DNA of 64,000 nucleotides, taken from positions 11,408,001 through 11,472,000 of the forward strand of contig CM102285.1 of NCBI GenBank assembly GCA_046563655.1. The letters are read 5' to 3'. Shown one piece after another: positions 25,601 through 39,269 of this stretch. Position 1 is the first letter of the stretch. The number at the start of each line of letters is the position of its first letter. The position numbers were made by a program, and so were the translations under genes. The notes beneath the pieces were generated by a model. That model had not been told where the DNA came from and made no database searches. It saw only the letters and a program-made list of their open reading frames with translations. Source of the DNA: Yuukianura sp. NJ FZ-2021. Lineage: Eukaryota.

Positions 25601-28600
25601 TCCCACTGAACTCTAACCTGTTCCTTTTGTGTGGCTTTATATGAATGAACACGGAAAGGATTCTTCCTTCTAGCTATTTTCCCAAAAAATGAATAACTAT
25701 GGTCAACAAGTACTAGTCACTGGGACAAGACATGTGTCGACCCCGTTGTTCTCGGTTTACTGACCTTCGTGATTCGCTTGAAACGACTTTTATTAGAACA
25801 CTGCGACGTTGCGGTTTTCAATGTTTGATTTTGATACGCTGCTACCCTCCAAATCATAGGCAACACCTTTCAATCTTCTCATTTTCAAATCAAAACGGCA
25901 ATTTAAATTTGAAATTTATTGTTGCCTTTGGCAATATTTTTGTTTGCTCCTCATATTATTAGACCCACTGCTAAATGTTTGGGAAAGTTTTCCTAAACCT
26001 TCCTCGAAACGCCGTAAAACTTTGTTTTGTAGCAGGATCCAATCTAGACTGCATTTTGAGTGTGACAAAGACGGCTTATAGACCTTAGATGATTAGAAGT
26101 CTGAAAACTTTGCTAACAATAATTTTGTTACTACATTGGAAGAAAAATTAACACACAAATATTTAGAAACTTGCGAACTAGAGTGGAACGATAACCTGAG
26201 AGGCTGCTGAAGAGAATACTGAACAAATAAAAATCAACAGTAACTGTTTTCTCCTTTAAGTGCGGCAAACAAATTCAAGCACGTTTCGCTTGCAGTTAGA
26301 ACAAAAACTGAAGAAAAGCTTTTCACAAGTTATACTTTCTTTTCCATGCTCTGTTGAACTCCTTACGCCTCCATAGTTTACTATTTACTTCAAGGAAGTA
26401 TGGACTCAAACTAGCTTCATCTTCAACCGACCACGATGCAACAAAAACTGCTGTCTTTCCATTTTTTGGCCTAGATTCAATATTTTCTGCCAAGGAAAGT
26501 GTTTTTTTTAGCTCTTTTAAAAAAAAATCCAGTTCCTACGAAACAAAATTTCGAAACAAAATTCAAAAAACAAGAACTGCATACGAACGATAAGTTTTCT
26601 CGCCACGTCTCTGAATCTCTCTCTTTTTAAAGTTTAGTAAATCTCCTGTTTCTTGGTATTCTTTCTATTCCTCACCAAATACGATTTCCTGCGTTTTCTT
26701 TTTTTTTATAATAAAGAAAAAAGAAATTCTAGGATAAAACTTTGTTATTCAGAGCATCGTCGATTGTGCTCCTTCAACGACAGAGAAATGGAACGATGAG
26801 TTTCGAAAGTATAAAATTTCAGAAAAAAAAAAACTTTTCCTTTGGAATGGTTCAGTTAAAATCTGAAGGTAATAGAGAAAGTCCGTTTTCCAGAAAGCTT
26901 AAAGATACTATTATATTCAACAAAAAAGTAGCATTCGTGATCTTCCAGACGCCGAAGGAGCTTTCTCCATTCGTTCGAAGTCTTCAAATCTTTGTTCGTG
27001 TGTTCATCTTTTAATCAAACTTGAACCCAAAATGCGGTTATCTTCTAAAGTAAAGTTACGTGACCAGAATTTATTTTGATTCATCGCAAAGAATGAACCT
27101 TTTACCTGTTTGTCTAGTTTTCACAAAAAAAAAAGTAAAAAGAGAAAATGAAAAAGAAGAAACAATTTAGAACTGTTGTTTTCTTTTCACTGAATTTTTC
27201 TAAGGAACTCATGAAATTATAACACGAAAATTGTAAGATGTTGATGTAATTTGGAAGTTGTAAGGACAATGTTTGACGGTGTAATCATCTTGTTACTTGT
27301 TTGCTCTGCTCTGATTTGAGCAGAACACGCCGAACCATGCTCAAACACACGTAATTACACTTTCTGGAAAACTAGTCAAGTTCTTAGTGAGGGATTGCCG
27401 AAATCTACAGAATTAGAAAGCGCACGGTTTCCTCCTCTCTCTTTTTTGGCCCGTGCAGTTTGATTAATGAGCCTCTAACTTTTCTTTTCTTTTCGTGAAA
27501 ATACTTCCTGAAATCCATAAAGTTTTCCTTACGCCTCTTTGGTGGGCGGTTAAGTTGGCCAAAAGCAAAGAGGACGTGAGCGTTGTAGCAAATAAGCAAT
27601 TTTGGAAAGCTTCATGGAAAAGAATGCAGAAAAGTGCTTAGTGCTTCCTGTCAACCATGCTCAAATTAAGGGCTCCAAGTCCCCTCCCATCTGATTTATG
27701 GACTACTAAGGGCTACTACCTATAACGCTTTTTGGTTGTGTCCAGAAAGCAAAGGAAAGTTAAAAGCCAAAATTGAAGAAACTAAAGACAGTCCCTTCTT
27801 TCACATAAACTTTTGGATTTGGAACCTTACACTAAAAGTTTGCTACTTTTGCTCAGGTCAGTACGACATCAGCAGGGAAAACCCAAAACCAAACTGAGAT
27901 TTTACTACCAAAATCCAATGCGTTTTTTTCTTACTTTCACTTTTTACGTTTTCCCTAGAGTCTGCTGAACGAAAAAGTCTGGCTCAGCTTTCACCACATC
28001 CCCAAACGAATGGGGTCGTAACATATTGGAGTTGGTCGTTTTCCTTATTGATTTATGGACAGAAGCACCTCGACTTAACAGTAGGGTGATAGATAGAGTT
28101 AGTAGAAACCTAGCTGGAGCTATGAATCTTACTCTAACAGACAGTGAGATCAATAGGCACGTCTTCTTTAAGACTTGTTTTGACTTATCAAAGTGAAAGC
28201 CCCAAGGAATTCGGGTTCAGGTTTTTGATAAACAAAAACTAAACTTCCTTCTCCTAAATATCTTATTTCCAACTTCAAGATTTATCCAGAAAAAAAAATC
28301 TAGGCAAAATCATAAAAAATAGAAAGAGAAAGCTAACATTATTACATCAGACGTGATGCATCACTTCAAAAATACTAAGCCTTTTCGAGATTTATTGCTC
28401 GAATTTTGAAACGGTTTTTCAGAATTTATGAAATTTAGTGAAAAGGAAATATGAGAAGCTGTAGAGTTTTATTATTTCAAAAAAGAAATCTGGACTTTTT
28501 GAGTCTATTAAACGAGACAGAAAGGCAGGATTTCTCCTGGTTCCATAATCCCATTTTCTCATTGTTCGTATAATTGTGTCATTATTCTTAACGGGAATTC

Positions 28601-31600
28601 TGGATAAAGAAGGAAGTTGTGTGCAGGACGAATGTATTTGCTAACTCAGCGGGACAACATATAACGTAGGTTGTGGACTCAAACTAGGAAAAGACCATAA
28701 CTCAAAATGGATTTATCCTAATGAATATATACGGCTCATAAAAACTGTCACTCTGTTTTAGACTTTTAATCGATAGCAAACTTTCTCCCGTTTTGGCAAC
28801 TTTCACCAACAGAGAAAAATTTTGGTAGTAAAACTTTTTAAAAAGAAAAAGAGACAGACGAAACTTGACTGAAAAGTGGCAGAAGTTAGAAAGTTAAAGT
28901 CAAGTTAGTACTACCAGCAGACTAAAATGGAAACAGTAAAAATGGAGGAGAAAAAAGGTCAAAGGAAAACGAAACGTAAGCTTTTAGAGTAAGACTTGTG
29001 CTAATCACTTTCGAACTAAAAAAAAGTCGCCTGTTTCTTTCTCTTCGAGACTTATTTGGGATTAATTTTGAAGGAGAAAAGCTAACCTTTAAATAGAAGA
29101 AGAAAAAGAGTTTCATCTTTCGCTTTCTCCGTCCAGCAGTGGTTAGGTTAGCACTAGGGTGAAAGCTAGACACGCGCCGTCTGAATCTATCTTAATGGTT
29201 AGGTATTAGTTGTAACTTAGGTTCCATTTGAACACTGTGAGAGTGGCAATGTTTGTTTCAAGATGAAAAGAAGGAAAAGAAAAGCATTCAAGACCCTGTC
29301 CTAATTTGCAGATTAAATCTTCCTGTGCTTTCATAATCCGGAAAAAAAATAAGTCGTCAAAGGAAACACCAAGGAGCCCTTAGCAGCTTCTCGCCTATTT
29401 CCTAGGAAGCAATTTAGAAGAAAGGGACGGAGATGAGGTCCATAGTATTAAAGTGGTGCGCTTCCTGCTAGTTTTTTTCTTTAATAAAAGTGGTTTCGGG
29501 ATAACAAGCGGCTCCCGACTCTTCCCTCTTTCTTTCCAGTCCATTTCATCAAAAAATGTCAATTCGTTTGTGGTTTCCTTTGTTCGAGACTAGAGACCGG
29601 AGAACCTTTATGAGTTCAAAGGAAAAAAGAAAGCATTTTCTTTTAAATCGAGCAAAAAGGGCAGAACCGAAAGAGTTTATTTGAAGCAGCGACCAATACT
29701 ACGTTCCAAAAACAAAGAGAGAGCAACTCCATCAAACAGTATTTAAAAAGACAGCATAACATTATTGGAAATTGGAAAATCTACAATTCAAAAGAAACAA
29801 GAGAAAAGATTTTCAAAATTTGGAATTTGGACGTAGACTAAACTAAACTTTTGTTGGTTTTGAGCAGACAACTTCAACGGAATGGATGAAATGGAGTGAA
29901 AGTGTTAATGCAAAGAGTCCATACTACACTTGGATAATCATAATCATATAAATCTGAAAAGTAATCGAGTACCTTAAAATTTGAAGCCTAGTTTTATCCA
30001 ACTTCATCAATAATTCAGGTACTAAATTAACCAAAAAGGAAGTTTAAGGGCTCAAAACAGAATTGTTTTCTCATGAATGTCTAAACACTTTTAACATCAC
30101 TTCTGCCCTCCGCCCTCTCTGTTTCTCCCGAAAGTGGAACTTTTCACTTGCAGCTTTTTAGACAGCAAGTGAAAGGAAATGCAAATTGTAATTATGCCTG
30201 TACTTTCCACTTCCTATCACTCTCTCTCTCTCTAAAGTGTTAATTACCAACTCCCAAAGTCCCTCCTGTTAGCTTTAACAACTCCAAAATCCCTTGAGAC
30301 GCTCTGATCTCATTAGCCCCTTTGTCTTGTTTTATAACTCAAGGAAGTTATACTTCTTTCTGACCTTTAGAAAGAGAAAGTTTTTTCTAGAAAGAAAAAG
30401 TTTGAGAAACTTGTTCCAGAAGTTAGAATATGTCGTCTCCTCACTGCCCATAAATTTATAAATTAACCTCACATTACAATTCATACTTTATAATTAATTA
30501 GCATTCTGCTCTTGATTAATATTAATTAACAGAATAGCCTTCTGTAAAAAGAAAGTTCACAACTTTCTCTAAAGAATTGCTCAAGTTCCTTGAATTAATT
30601 ATGCGAAACGGTCTGTTACAAAAGTCTAAAACTGAAATCTCAGTGATTTAAGGAGGTTCAAAACAGAATAGCGTAAAATGGAAAAGTTAAGATAGGAGCT
30701 AAAAAGTAGAGAAAGTACTTATAATCGTACAAAGCGAGTAGGCGCAAAGAAAGCGCAAAGCCGGTCCTGAATTGAATCCAAAAGTTAATTATGTTTTGGT
30801 TCTGTTAAAACCAAAATTTTTAAAATTATCTCCATTCTAACAGAACTCAATATTATTTGAAAATTCGAAAGGACGCAAAAATTCACACTCTGTTTTCTCC
30901 GAAACTCATTCTTTCTACAATTATTGGATCCGTGCTTTATTCAATTCAGTTCAATGATTTAGAATTCACGTGGCGTAGTTATTTTCCGACAAGATGATAA
31001 ATGACATTTGAAATTTCCTTCCTTCTGTATAAAACCCTATCTCCTACCGTATGTTCTCTTCCACTACAGTTGTCTCCTGAATTCATCAAATATACAGTTC
31101 AGAAAACACGGGGAAGAGAGGAATAAGTTATAAGAAGAGGAAGTAGAAATTGGAAAAGATAAAAAAGAAAGTAAGAAAAAGTCTACTGCTGAGAGATGGT
31201 AATGAAGTGGAGGAGAAAATGCTAGAGGGAAGCTAAGACAGAGTAACACGACTTTCGTTTTTACGAAACTTGGATCTTAAAATTTTGGAGCAAACTTTTC
31301 TGCACCTACTTCGGAGAATAGTAAATGACTTTGTCTTTTTGATTTTGGAAAAGGGCAAAGTACTAACTATGTGGCTGGAGTTCTACTGTAATCTGGAAGT
31401 TGTGCTCCATTAATAAGTAAGACTTAAAGATGGATGTGAGTAACTAGGCGTAAAAGTGGGGTTGGCACTGGGAAAGACAGACGCTTTTCGTTGTAGTCAT
31501 GGTTCACTTTCTCCTTCCTTCAACCTTAAAATACCTTGCCCTAAGAGACCACAACCGTAAATCGCTTAACAGAAATGACTCAAGACGAACTTTAAGACAA

Positions 31601-34600
31601 CGTTCGCAGTTTGTGTTCTGAAATCTATAGTTTGTAGTATATTTTTAAAAGGGTCTTTTTAAAGTGGACAAAATTCCAGTCCTTTTGCGGACCCTGAACA
31701 TAAAAATTATCAATTTTTCGAAATTTTGTATTACAAAGCTAATGGAGAGAAAGTGTTTTTCAAGAACTACTAAGTTTTTCGATAAGCGTCGGAATGGAAG
31801 CGAAAGAACGACGAAAACAAAGGGCTACCTTGAAACTGACAAACTATAGAAGTCTATTCTAAAAATCTAGAGCGGGAGGCGAATTTCAAATCTGCAACTC
31901 TTTTACTGCTAACGTGAATGTGGAGGCCTGTGAGATTGAAGGAGAAGATGAGAAATAATCTACCTTCAAAAGTTAATTTTGCCAACCTTGCTCATTCTAC
32001 ATTTCAATTTTTGGATTTGAATGTAGCTGAGATTGTGTCTGAGGATGAAAGCATAATCTAAAAGGAAAGAAAATAAGCGTGTTTCTCAACAGGCTCCAAA
32101 GAGAAAGTGATTAGTTTACGGGAAACAATGTAAGGATAGTACATTTTCTAGCGAACTGCTTGCGGGAACTGTCTGTCTCTCTGTCTTAACATTTACATTG
32201 TTTCTAATAATAGCCGTAGGTTAGACTACCTTTGCTTTTAATTAACATCGGTTAGGCCAGGCTACATTTGTTATTTACATGGAAAATGAAGGTTGAAGAG
32301 ACTTTCTTTAAAAAAGAAAACCAATCCAACAAATCAGAAAATAACCCAGTATCTTTCATTTATTGAATAAATCTGGCGTTTGGATTTTAGTAAGCAGGTG
32401 TTACTGCCCAGAAAGTATTTTGGTAGTGGCCGTCTGGTCTTTCACGCTTTCACCTTCAACACTTCTAGATTCAGAAACTTTCTAAAGAGAGCTTGGCGTT
32501 ACCAAGAATTATTACGAAACCTAGAAACATAAGCCTTATTGAATTGTTTAACATCTCCATTCGAAGCGCACTAGTCATAGCAGGAACTGTAACTTCAATC
32601 GCACTTGACCATGGATGACTTTCTATGGTTTACACAACCGTTCAATTTTTGATGCACTGACCATGAACATTAATTTTCCCAAGCCCTCTTGTGTAATAGC
32701 TCTTTTTTGAAACAAAGAAAACAAACCTAAAATCAGGAATTTTCTCTGCACTAGCTATGGAAAGGCCCCAGGAGAAAGTCTGCCTAAACCACAAGTGAAT
32801 ATGAACCGGAAATTTGCTTTTTACAACAATCAATAATAATTGTTGACTTTTTATGCAACATTATTCAAAGTCAATCTGCTTTCAAAAATTGACGCAGTGA
32901 AAGCAGGTTTTGTTTTGTTTAGGAAAAGCACATGGGGTGGTTAATAATCGACTTTCTGCTATCTGCTGGTAATGACGCGGTACTTAATCCTGGATGAAGC
33001 ATAAAATGACAGAAAGAGTTCATTGAGACCCATTATTCTGTTGGATAATAAAGTGAAAGTTGAAGTTGAAGTGAAGTAGAGTGAAAGGAGCTGGGCTTGG
33101 TTTAGTTGCCGGAGGGAAAAGAACCTTAGACAACACCATGGGATTCGAACCCGCAGCTACACCGCTGTACCACCGCTGTGGTAGAACAAAGGGACCCCGG
33201 AGCAAAGCCGCCTTTCACCGCAGTGGAAAGAACTTTCCCTCTATTCTGACAACAGCCTTTCCGCAGAGCCCTAAACCAAGAATTATTATCTTTCGTATCT
33301 TCATCTCACTTTCTACCATGCATTTCATCACTATCACACCAAACCACAATCCACAATTGAAATTAACCTAAGACAGTAGCTAGAGATAAGCAGTGACATA
33401 GGCATTCATCACTCCAATTCAAATGTAAAACGGAAATTCAAAATTTTAACATCAAACTTCTGAATGCCTGAATTTGAGGTCTCCATCCAACCCAGAAAAA
33501 AACAGGATTATGCGAATTTTGTGAAAACTTGAACAAAAAAGTTCGAATGGGCCTGAGAGAAAGCAAATTTTAAATTAAAATGCTGCTGGAATGTTATTAG
33601 CTTTTCATTTGTCCTTAAAATGTGCTTTTCAAAATCAATCTCGCACTATACGTTTTTCTAAATACAAATTTTACCTCGCCTCCGTAATCCAATGTAATGT
33701 AAAGATTTCCCATAGTACCTTTCCATTCTGGAACCTGGAGCAACGTCGTTAGCCTAATCTTGTTCAACCAGTCTCGCCAGATTCTATGTAACGCTCCAAT
33801 TCTACTCTGCATTTTTCATGCTAACAAAAGACATTTTCATATCCATCCACGCACACGCTCTGCCTTTCTCTCCCCGAATATTCAATAGCGATACAACCTC
33901 TCAATTTTTGACTACTTTACATACATGGCACGTATTTTACATACCAATGTCCGCTGGGAACTTTCACTTTTTAGAACAAAGAAGTCTGAAAGATTGGATT
34001 AAGTTTAAATTAGAATCAAGCTCCAAGTTCTGAAACCTAAATTACGGTTAGCGTCAGTTTCAAGTGGAAAGACAACTCACGAGTGGCACAATTCCGCCAA
34101 CTTTTCGCAATTAATCCCACACTGCGTAACCTCACGTTTTCTAAAGATCCGGTCGTAAGTCTTTTGGAGTGACGAAAGCGACACAAAGTTTTCTGAAGGA
34201 GCCAACCATGGTTTCCTTTAGGAAACTTTTTGAAGCTTTCAAGGCGTAATTATTTTGGAGGTGTTGAAAACGCAAGGCAAGGTTGGTTGCTTTGCGGTGT
34301 AAGCGGTTTGGAAAGAAACAATAAAGTTAACTGGAAACTTTCCACTTTCACTTTCAAAAGTTTGAGATGAGGCACTTCTTCAGTGTAGAAGGATGTGAAA
34401 TCTTACTTTCTCCTTAGCACGTCATACATCTCAGATAAACAAGCCTAAGCCTCCGGCTCGCACATTTTTAGAAGAAACACAACTTGGGTTGATTAAAAAA
34501 TTTCAAAAAAACTGTGAAAAACAAATTTAAAGTTACAACACATTGGCAAAACAAAGAAGTGGCTAATACTTATGACTTTCAATCATGCGTTGCTTTAATC

Positions 34601-37600
34601 TGTCAAGTGAAAACACGCTAAGCTTTGACTCTTGGATAAAAAGCTTTACAAAGGTTCGTTCGAATAAAAAAAAATTGTAATCCGGATCGCCCGTTTTCTC
34701 TTGGAATGTAATCAAAAGTTATTGAAAAATCATTGACCTGTGACTAAATTTTCATTCACTTTTCTCATTTAAAAAAAATTGAAACTCGTCCAAACTTTAA
34801 TATCCTACATTTTTCATGTGTAATATTTTTTGTAGCTCCGGGAAAAGACTTTCCAAAGAATAGAAAGTTCCAACTTACTAAGCATTTCCTAAAATTAATA
34901 TATATTTTTTCTAAAAAGATAACTTCCTTGGCACAATTTTTGGCAATAATCCTAAAAGCAAGATAAAATGGATCAACTAAAAATTTTTTGCTAACGAAAG
35001 CACAATGTGCAGCAAGTATTTCTGAGAATGAAATAATTTCGCAGGCTCTTTATTAATAGCAGGGTTTAAGGCAAGGCGGAGGCTGCTTTGGTAGTTGATG
35101 ATTTCCCAGTGGAAAACTGGAAAACTCATTCGCTAAGAAGAGAAATGAGACATTAAATGTTAGTAGAAGACAGACGAAATCTTTTGTGGGAAATAAATCT
35201 GACAAGGCGTAATTAATTAACTTTCTTGCTTTACCGCTTTCTGTAGTAAAAGTGAGGAAAGAGGTCTCAATTGTTTCAAATTTTGACAACAGTTAACAAG
35301 GCAGAAGCTGTCAAAATAATTCCGAAAACTAAGATTAAAGAAGGGCTGAGGGATGGTTGTGAATTTTAAAGAGGAGGAGAAGGAAGTGAAAGGCGGTGAA
35401 AGCAAATGTAAATTTGAAACTGAGTCTAGCCTCAACGAGGTCAAATTTATACTTTCCACAAATTTTGAAATTCTGGAATTCTGTTTCAAAGTAAAAAGAG
35501 AAAGTCTTTTGATCCTTTCTCCTATTCTGCGTCTTGTCTCCAATTTGGAATTCGTAGAACCCCTGGAAATACCACAGCAGGGGGAACCTTTGCTCTCCTC
35601 CGTCATCTATAAACTGTTCTTAATGTGCCAAACGTAAGGAATTTCAAATGAAGTTTGCAATTTTGCGAAACTTCTTAACCAAGTCTCGCTCTCTTTCCTG
35701 CTCTTGTGAAAAATGAATACAAATCAATATCGTACAGGTTAATGACTTTCTGTACAAAATTCAAAACTGTTTTCGCAGCGAAAAGCTGGATCGTGCTCTA
35801 TCGCTTTAGAATGTTTAAGAGCACTCGATTTCATTAAGAAAAGACCTTTCACTTTTCGTTTCATAAAAATTGCTTTTAAAAAAAGCGGGTATTTATAGAA
35901 AACGGCAACGAAGCTATGCAAAGAAAAGCCAAATTGTGAAAAAATCCTACAACGCTCACCTAGTTAAAATTCTGCAATTTTTTTTTAAACATTTTTCTTG
36001 TTCTGGTTCAGAATGCTTTCATGCTTTCTCTTGCTATACGTCAGCGTTTGGAAAAGTCAAAAAAGTAGTTGCAAATTAGTTTAAGATCATTCCGATTTGT
36101 CAAGAAAAGTAAAAGTAAAAAAAAAAGAAACAAAAGTGTCAATCCAGGAACTTTCTTTGTTGAGAAGCAGGAATTGTGGTTACTGCTAATGGAAAGGCCA
36201 TAAGTAAGAGCTTTGGCTTTTCCCTCTCTGATTCTATCTCTGCCCATGTCTTGGGAATTGTAACGACGACGTTCAAATGGACTCATTTTTCAAAGTGTCA
36301 GGAACTGTGGTTCAACTACTTCCGACAACAGTACCCATTTGCCTACTGCTGCCCTTCTACCCGCCTTTTCAATTGAGGTAATAATGCTTCTGTCGAACAT
36401 TAGCCCAAAACTTTGACGCAATTTGTTTCCAATCCTAAGGATCTAACAGTCTAAACAAATGGGTTGGAGTTTTGGAAACAGCAGAAAGAGAAAGTTCAAT
36501 TGTGAATGGGTTTGGTTAAAGTTAGACCGAAAGTTAGGATAAACTCTAATCTCTAAAACGCGTTGTTTTGCCAAAAACCTAACCCAACTGTTAGCTGTTT
36601 GTGACTGACACGAGAGGTCATTGGATAGAAAGTGATTAAAACTCAGTTGTCCAAAAGGAAATAACAGGCATTCGTTTTCAAAAACGAGATCAACAAAACA
36701 GGTTAGGAGAAACTTTCGAAAACTAAGCGGTTTTCCCAGGCCTACTTAACACAACTAAACCACAGGAAAATTAATGAGGACAGCCGAAAGTCGTTTCCAA
36801 AAACTTCAAAATCCCTCCACAAATCCTCGAGATATCAAACATTCGATTCAAACAACACTTCATGAAAAACTGTTACCATCTTTCATTCAAAAACCAACAA
36901 CTTTTGTTTTAAAACTCTGAATCGATACCACTAATGTACTATTGGATTTCAAAAACTTCACAAAATGGAACTTCGAATAAATTACTAACTACAAAAGAAT
37001 CGAATCAGAATCAAATCTTCAGTGAAAAGTGGCAGTTATTCTTTTGAATCGTCAATCTTTTTCAGTTGGAATTTTCTCTTTACAAGCACAAGCGACAGCT
37101 TCGCAGATCAAAACATCACGATTTTTGTTGTAAAGCGGAAGTTTGACAACCTTCAAAAATGATGTTACGCTCTTCCTAGTCTTTCAAGTGAAAGCAGTTT
37201 CTGTTATTTTAGATTTCGAAAGTTGTTTTAAAAGGAAACCTTTCTTTTGTTCACACGAATGATAATAGATTGAAAAGAAAAGCGGAGAAAGCATGTCCTA
37301 AAACAGTAGACATAACAAAAGAGCCCCTCACTCTATTGTGTATTGTATAGATTTAACGCTACACAACAAATCCATTACAAATGAGATTGGGTCCCTTGAC
37401 GATTGAAACGCGAAAAAAAAGAAGCGACAGACAACTTTTGCAGAATTTCTGCGGAAGAAAAGTTTCGAAAACTAAAAAGAACTAGAAACTAAAAAAGAAA
37501 ACGAAAGTTTCATACTTACCCCTACTAAATTGATTAAAGTTTTTGATTAGTCTCTCAGCATTTGTACGAGCTGCGTAGAAGAATTCTGAAGTGTTCGTCG

Positions 37601-39269
37601 AGTATTTGTACTCCACAGCCAAGTCTTTGACCCAAATAATTCCATCCGGTCGACGAAAAGCAAATGGGCAGAACAGCGTGTAGTTCTTGTACTGTTTTTC
37701 ATCGAAGCAATTCCCTGCAGCAAATATGTTATCGTAGAACTCCACCATTGAAAAGACGCTAGCATGTAACCAATACTCAGAGCTCATGACTTCGGGAGCA
37801 TATTTCCAAAGGCGAGTCAACATATTTGCACGGTTCACGGCCACTTCCGCTTCGTCCTTAAACCTCTCCTGAGCATAACGATCAACAACACCTTGACCTA
37901 GAGTCAAATCCATTCCAGCAGCACAGTTGTCAGCAGTCTTTTCTTCAACCATTCTCAAAAACTTGGTCAGAATATCCATGTCTTCGCGGGGTTCACTTTC
38001 AGTTTCGACTGGAAGTTGACCTTGACCTTCACTGAGGTCGTCCGAAGTGGCTGGTGATTCGTAGTCGTTTACTGACGACAAGTCCTTTTTGTCACTAGCG
38101 TTGATGTCATCTTCCAGTTCCTCTTCATAGGAACTTTGTTCATTTTCACCAAAACTTGGAACTGGGCCAGGTACAAAAACGAGTGGAATTTCATCATCAT
38201 CGTTCTCGTAATGGTTTGAGCTCTTGACATTGTTATTCGACGGCGGAGGAGGATCGCTTCTTCGCAGCGTTGAAACAGGAAGACGCTGTTGCCTCTCGCT
38301 GTTTTTGGACCCGGGAGAAAGTTCTGAGGACTTTAAATCGATGGTACTTCCCACCACTACTGGCGTGAGTGAAGGCCCAAGGATATTGGATTTATGTTTA
38401 CTTTTCCTGAGTGCAGCGGATCTCCCCTTGCTTTTCGTCGAATTCGAATTTGGAATTGCATGATTTGGAGAATATTGTGAAACTGTTGCGTTGACTGAAG
38501 ACAAAAGACTAATAATTCGGTTAAGTTTTTTGCCAGTCTTGGTCCGATTTCTACTATCAAACGTTGTTGCTGGAGATCCATAGATGTGAGTGTCTGTTGG
38601 AGAAATTGGTTTCAATCTGTCTTTCCTTTCACTTTCACTGTGATCCACTTCAGTTCTGTCATTTTGACTTTTATCGCGTGAAATACTGCCTTGGTCCCCC
38701 GCATAATCTTCATCTGGAGAGTCTTTGGCCTCGAGGTCATTCTCGTTATACAAGGAAGTTGAGGCGGAGGTAGAGGTGGCCTCAGAAGTTCTTTGTTGGG
38801 ACGGTTGAGACCTTCGAGCACTGTCACTGTCGCTAACTTTGAGACTTCGAGAGAAACTTTTCCTTGACTTGTAATGTCTTATACTGGAGATGATTGGGCC
38901 TTGACGAGCAGCAGCCTCTTCCGCTGGATTCGAACGAGGCAACATTGACTTCGCTTTGGTCTGGCTCTCTTCATACTCAGCGTCGTCATTTCCGTCATTA
39001 GACGCTACAGGACGGGAAGACGGATCCGTCCAAGTCTTTTGTTGAAAAGTGGAGAGTGTCGTGACCGTAGTAGAGGCATTAGAGTCCAATTGATGAGCAA
39101 TTGTACTGTACGGGGACCAGAGGCGTGCTCGAGAGACGTTCTTCACAAAATTTGGAGTTGCATTGAAACTGAGCAGCCTCTTGTCCAACGATGAACAGTT
39201 CACAAGTTGTAGGGAACAGACAATGGAGGCCAAGAAGACGAAAACAGCTTGGTGTCGAGTGCAGCTCAT
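1654..39269 (-). CDS. GPR158: GPR158/GPR179-like orphan class C GPCR (Drosophila CG31760-like), 12 coding exons, about 1384 aa
   Basis: Exons joined by hand with GT-AG sites and consistent phases: 39269-37520, 23645-23465, 18600-18477, 14287-14144, 13827-13627, 13034-12966, 12625-12516, 12326-12109, 5859-5721, 5124-5019, 2890-2672, 2547-1654 (4155 nt). Features: signal peptide; Cache-like region (GRWSKPYFDCGGGNIWMMTYAVPFF, GTSGIDIDLRRVDIDQCP); EGF-like CVPVKRLGFRRGSYHCVCKDGFYFP; class C 7TM motifs (VIRAASP, WLREIGFSLAYGALMLKTWRISVIF, VRKAPSEFNESKFISLAIYNE); coiled coil EDIQEEFQRFYSQLEDLK. An acceptor at 39301-39302 implies an upstream 5'UTR exon. Confidence 0.92.
14734..14805. repeat. Imperfect inverted repeat (24-bp arms, 24-nt loop) in GPCR intron 3
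   Basis: actaaactcagtatcctgcatact (14734-14757) matches the reverse complement of 14782-14805 (actaacctcagtattgtgcatact) at 21/24 positions. Confidence 0.75.
16525..17124 (+). CDS. Secreted cysteine-rich protein with two tandem defensin-like (CS-alpha-beta) domains and a Tyr-rich tail; nested antisense in GPCR intron 3
   Basis: Intronless 199-aa ATG ORF, GC-richer than its flanks. Signal peptide MALTLIVFVTMVGVVLG. 14 Cys in two repeats of KCD...CxxxC...GYCx4CxC...YRD. AATAAA at 17268-17273. Confidence 0.82.
   Translation: MALTLIVFVTMVGVVLGDVSCKYDPSLKSVGTWAKCDYSTCLRKDESYTNNCLSYCISDQREGYWSGYCWSNGYCYCEKNYRDETVSDTKCDPTTGYVMDQNGGYLNYGCQLWCSQGAYRPNYGQFDTGYCNIENYCVCQDRRYRDMTDLEKSSGYYALYPFYGPLVTPYTASSIDQYVNGQYDLNGQYIDPYNTQYAV
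20182..20703 (+). CDS. Single-domain thioredoxin/PDI-like protein with signal peptide (CGAC active site); nested antisense in GPCR intron 2
   Basis: First ATG is at 20182 (the ORF track starts at a non-ATG codon, 20134), giving 173 aa. Hydrophobic N-terminus RLVLLFLLIGTF. PDI a-domain motifs: LHRHNFDKVL, FFVVEFFDPDCGACQAFAPTF, LGKLNA, LARTYGVKYVPTIILFQNG, YSGKR. AATAAA at 20940-20945. Confidence 0.85.
   Translation: MEVTGRLVLLFLLIGTFTPKVSKGQANRHLPGDVSVSRSQREGSGRKAAQVPLLTKLHRHNFDKVLGRNQFFVVEFFDPDCGACQAFAPTFVKMAQILRDYGHTKDIRLGKLNAVQNWNLARTYGVKYVPTIILFQNGQPLQTYSGKREAMTMARWVYDTTIARSRYNLDYRT
33141..33172 (-). other. tRNA-derived remnant (Pol III A box and B box, no anticodon arm); possible SINE head or tRNA pseudogene fragment
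   Basis: The minus strand reads TGGTACAGCGG (A-box-like), 10 nt, then GGTTCGAATCC (B box / T loop). Confidence 0.4.

Noticed and set aside
23646..37519. Numerous 60-130-aa ORFs in the 13.9-kb GPCR intron 1
   Set aside because: Phe/Leu/Lys/Ser-rich translations typical of AT-rich non-coding DNA, many with non-ATG starts; no transposase or RT motifs seen.
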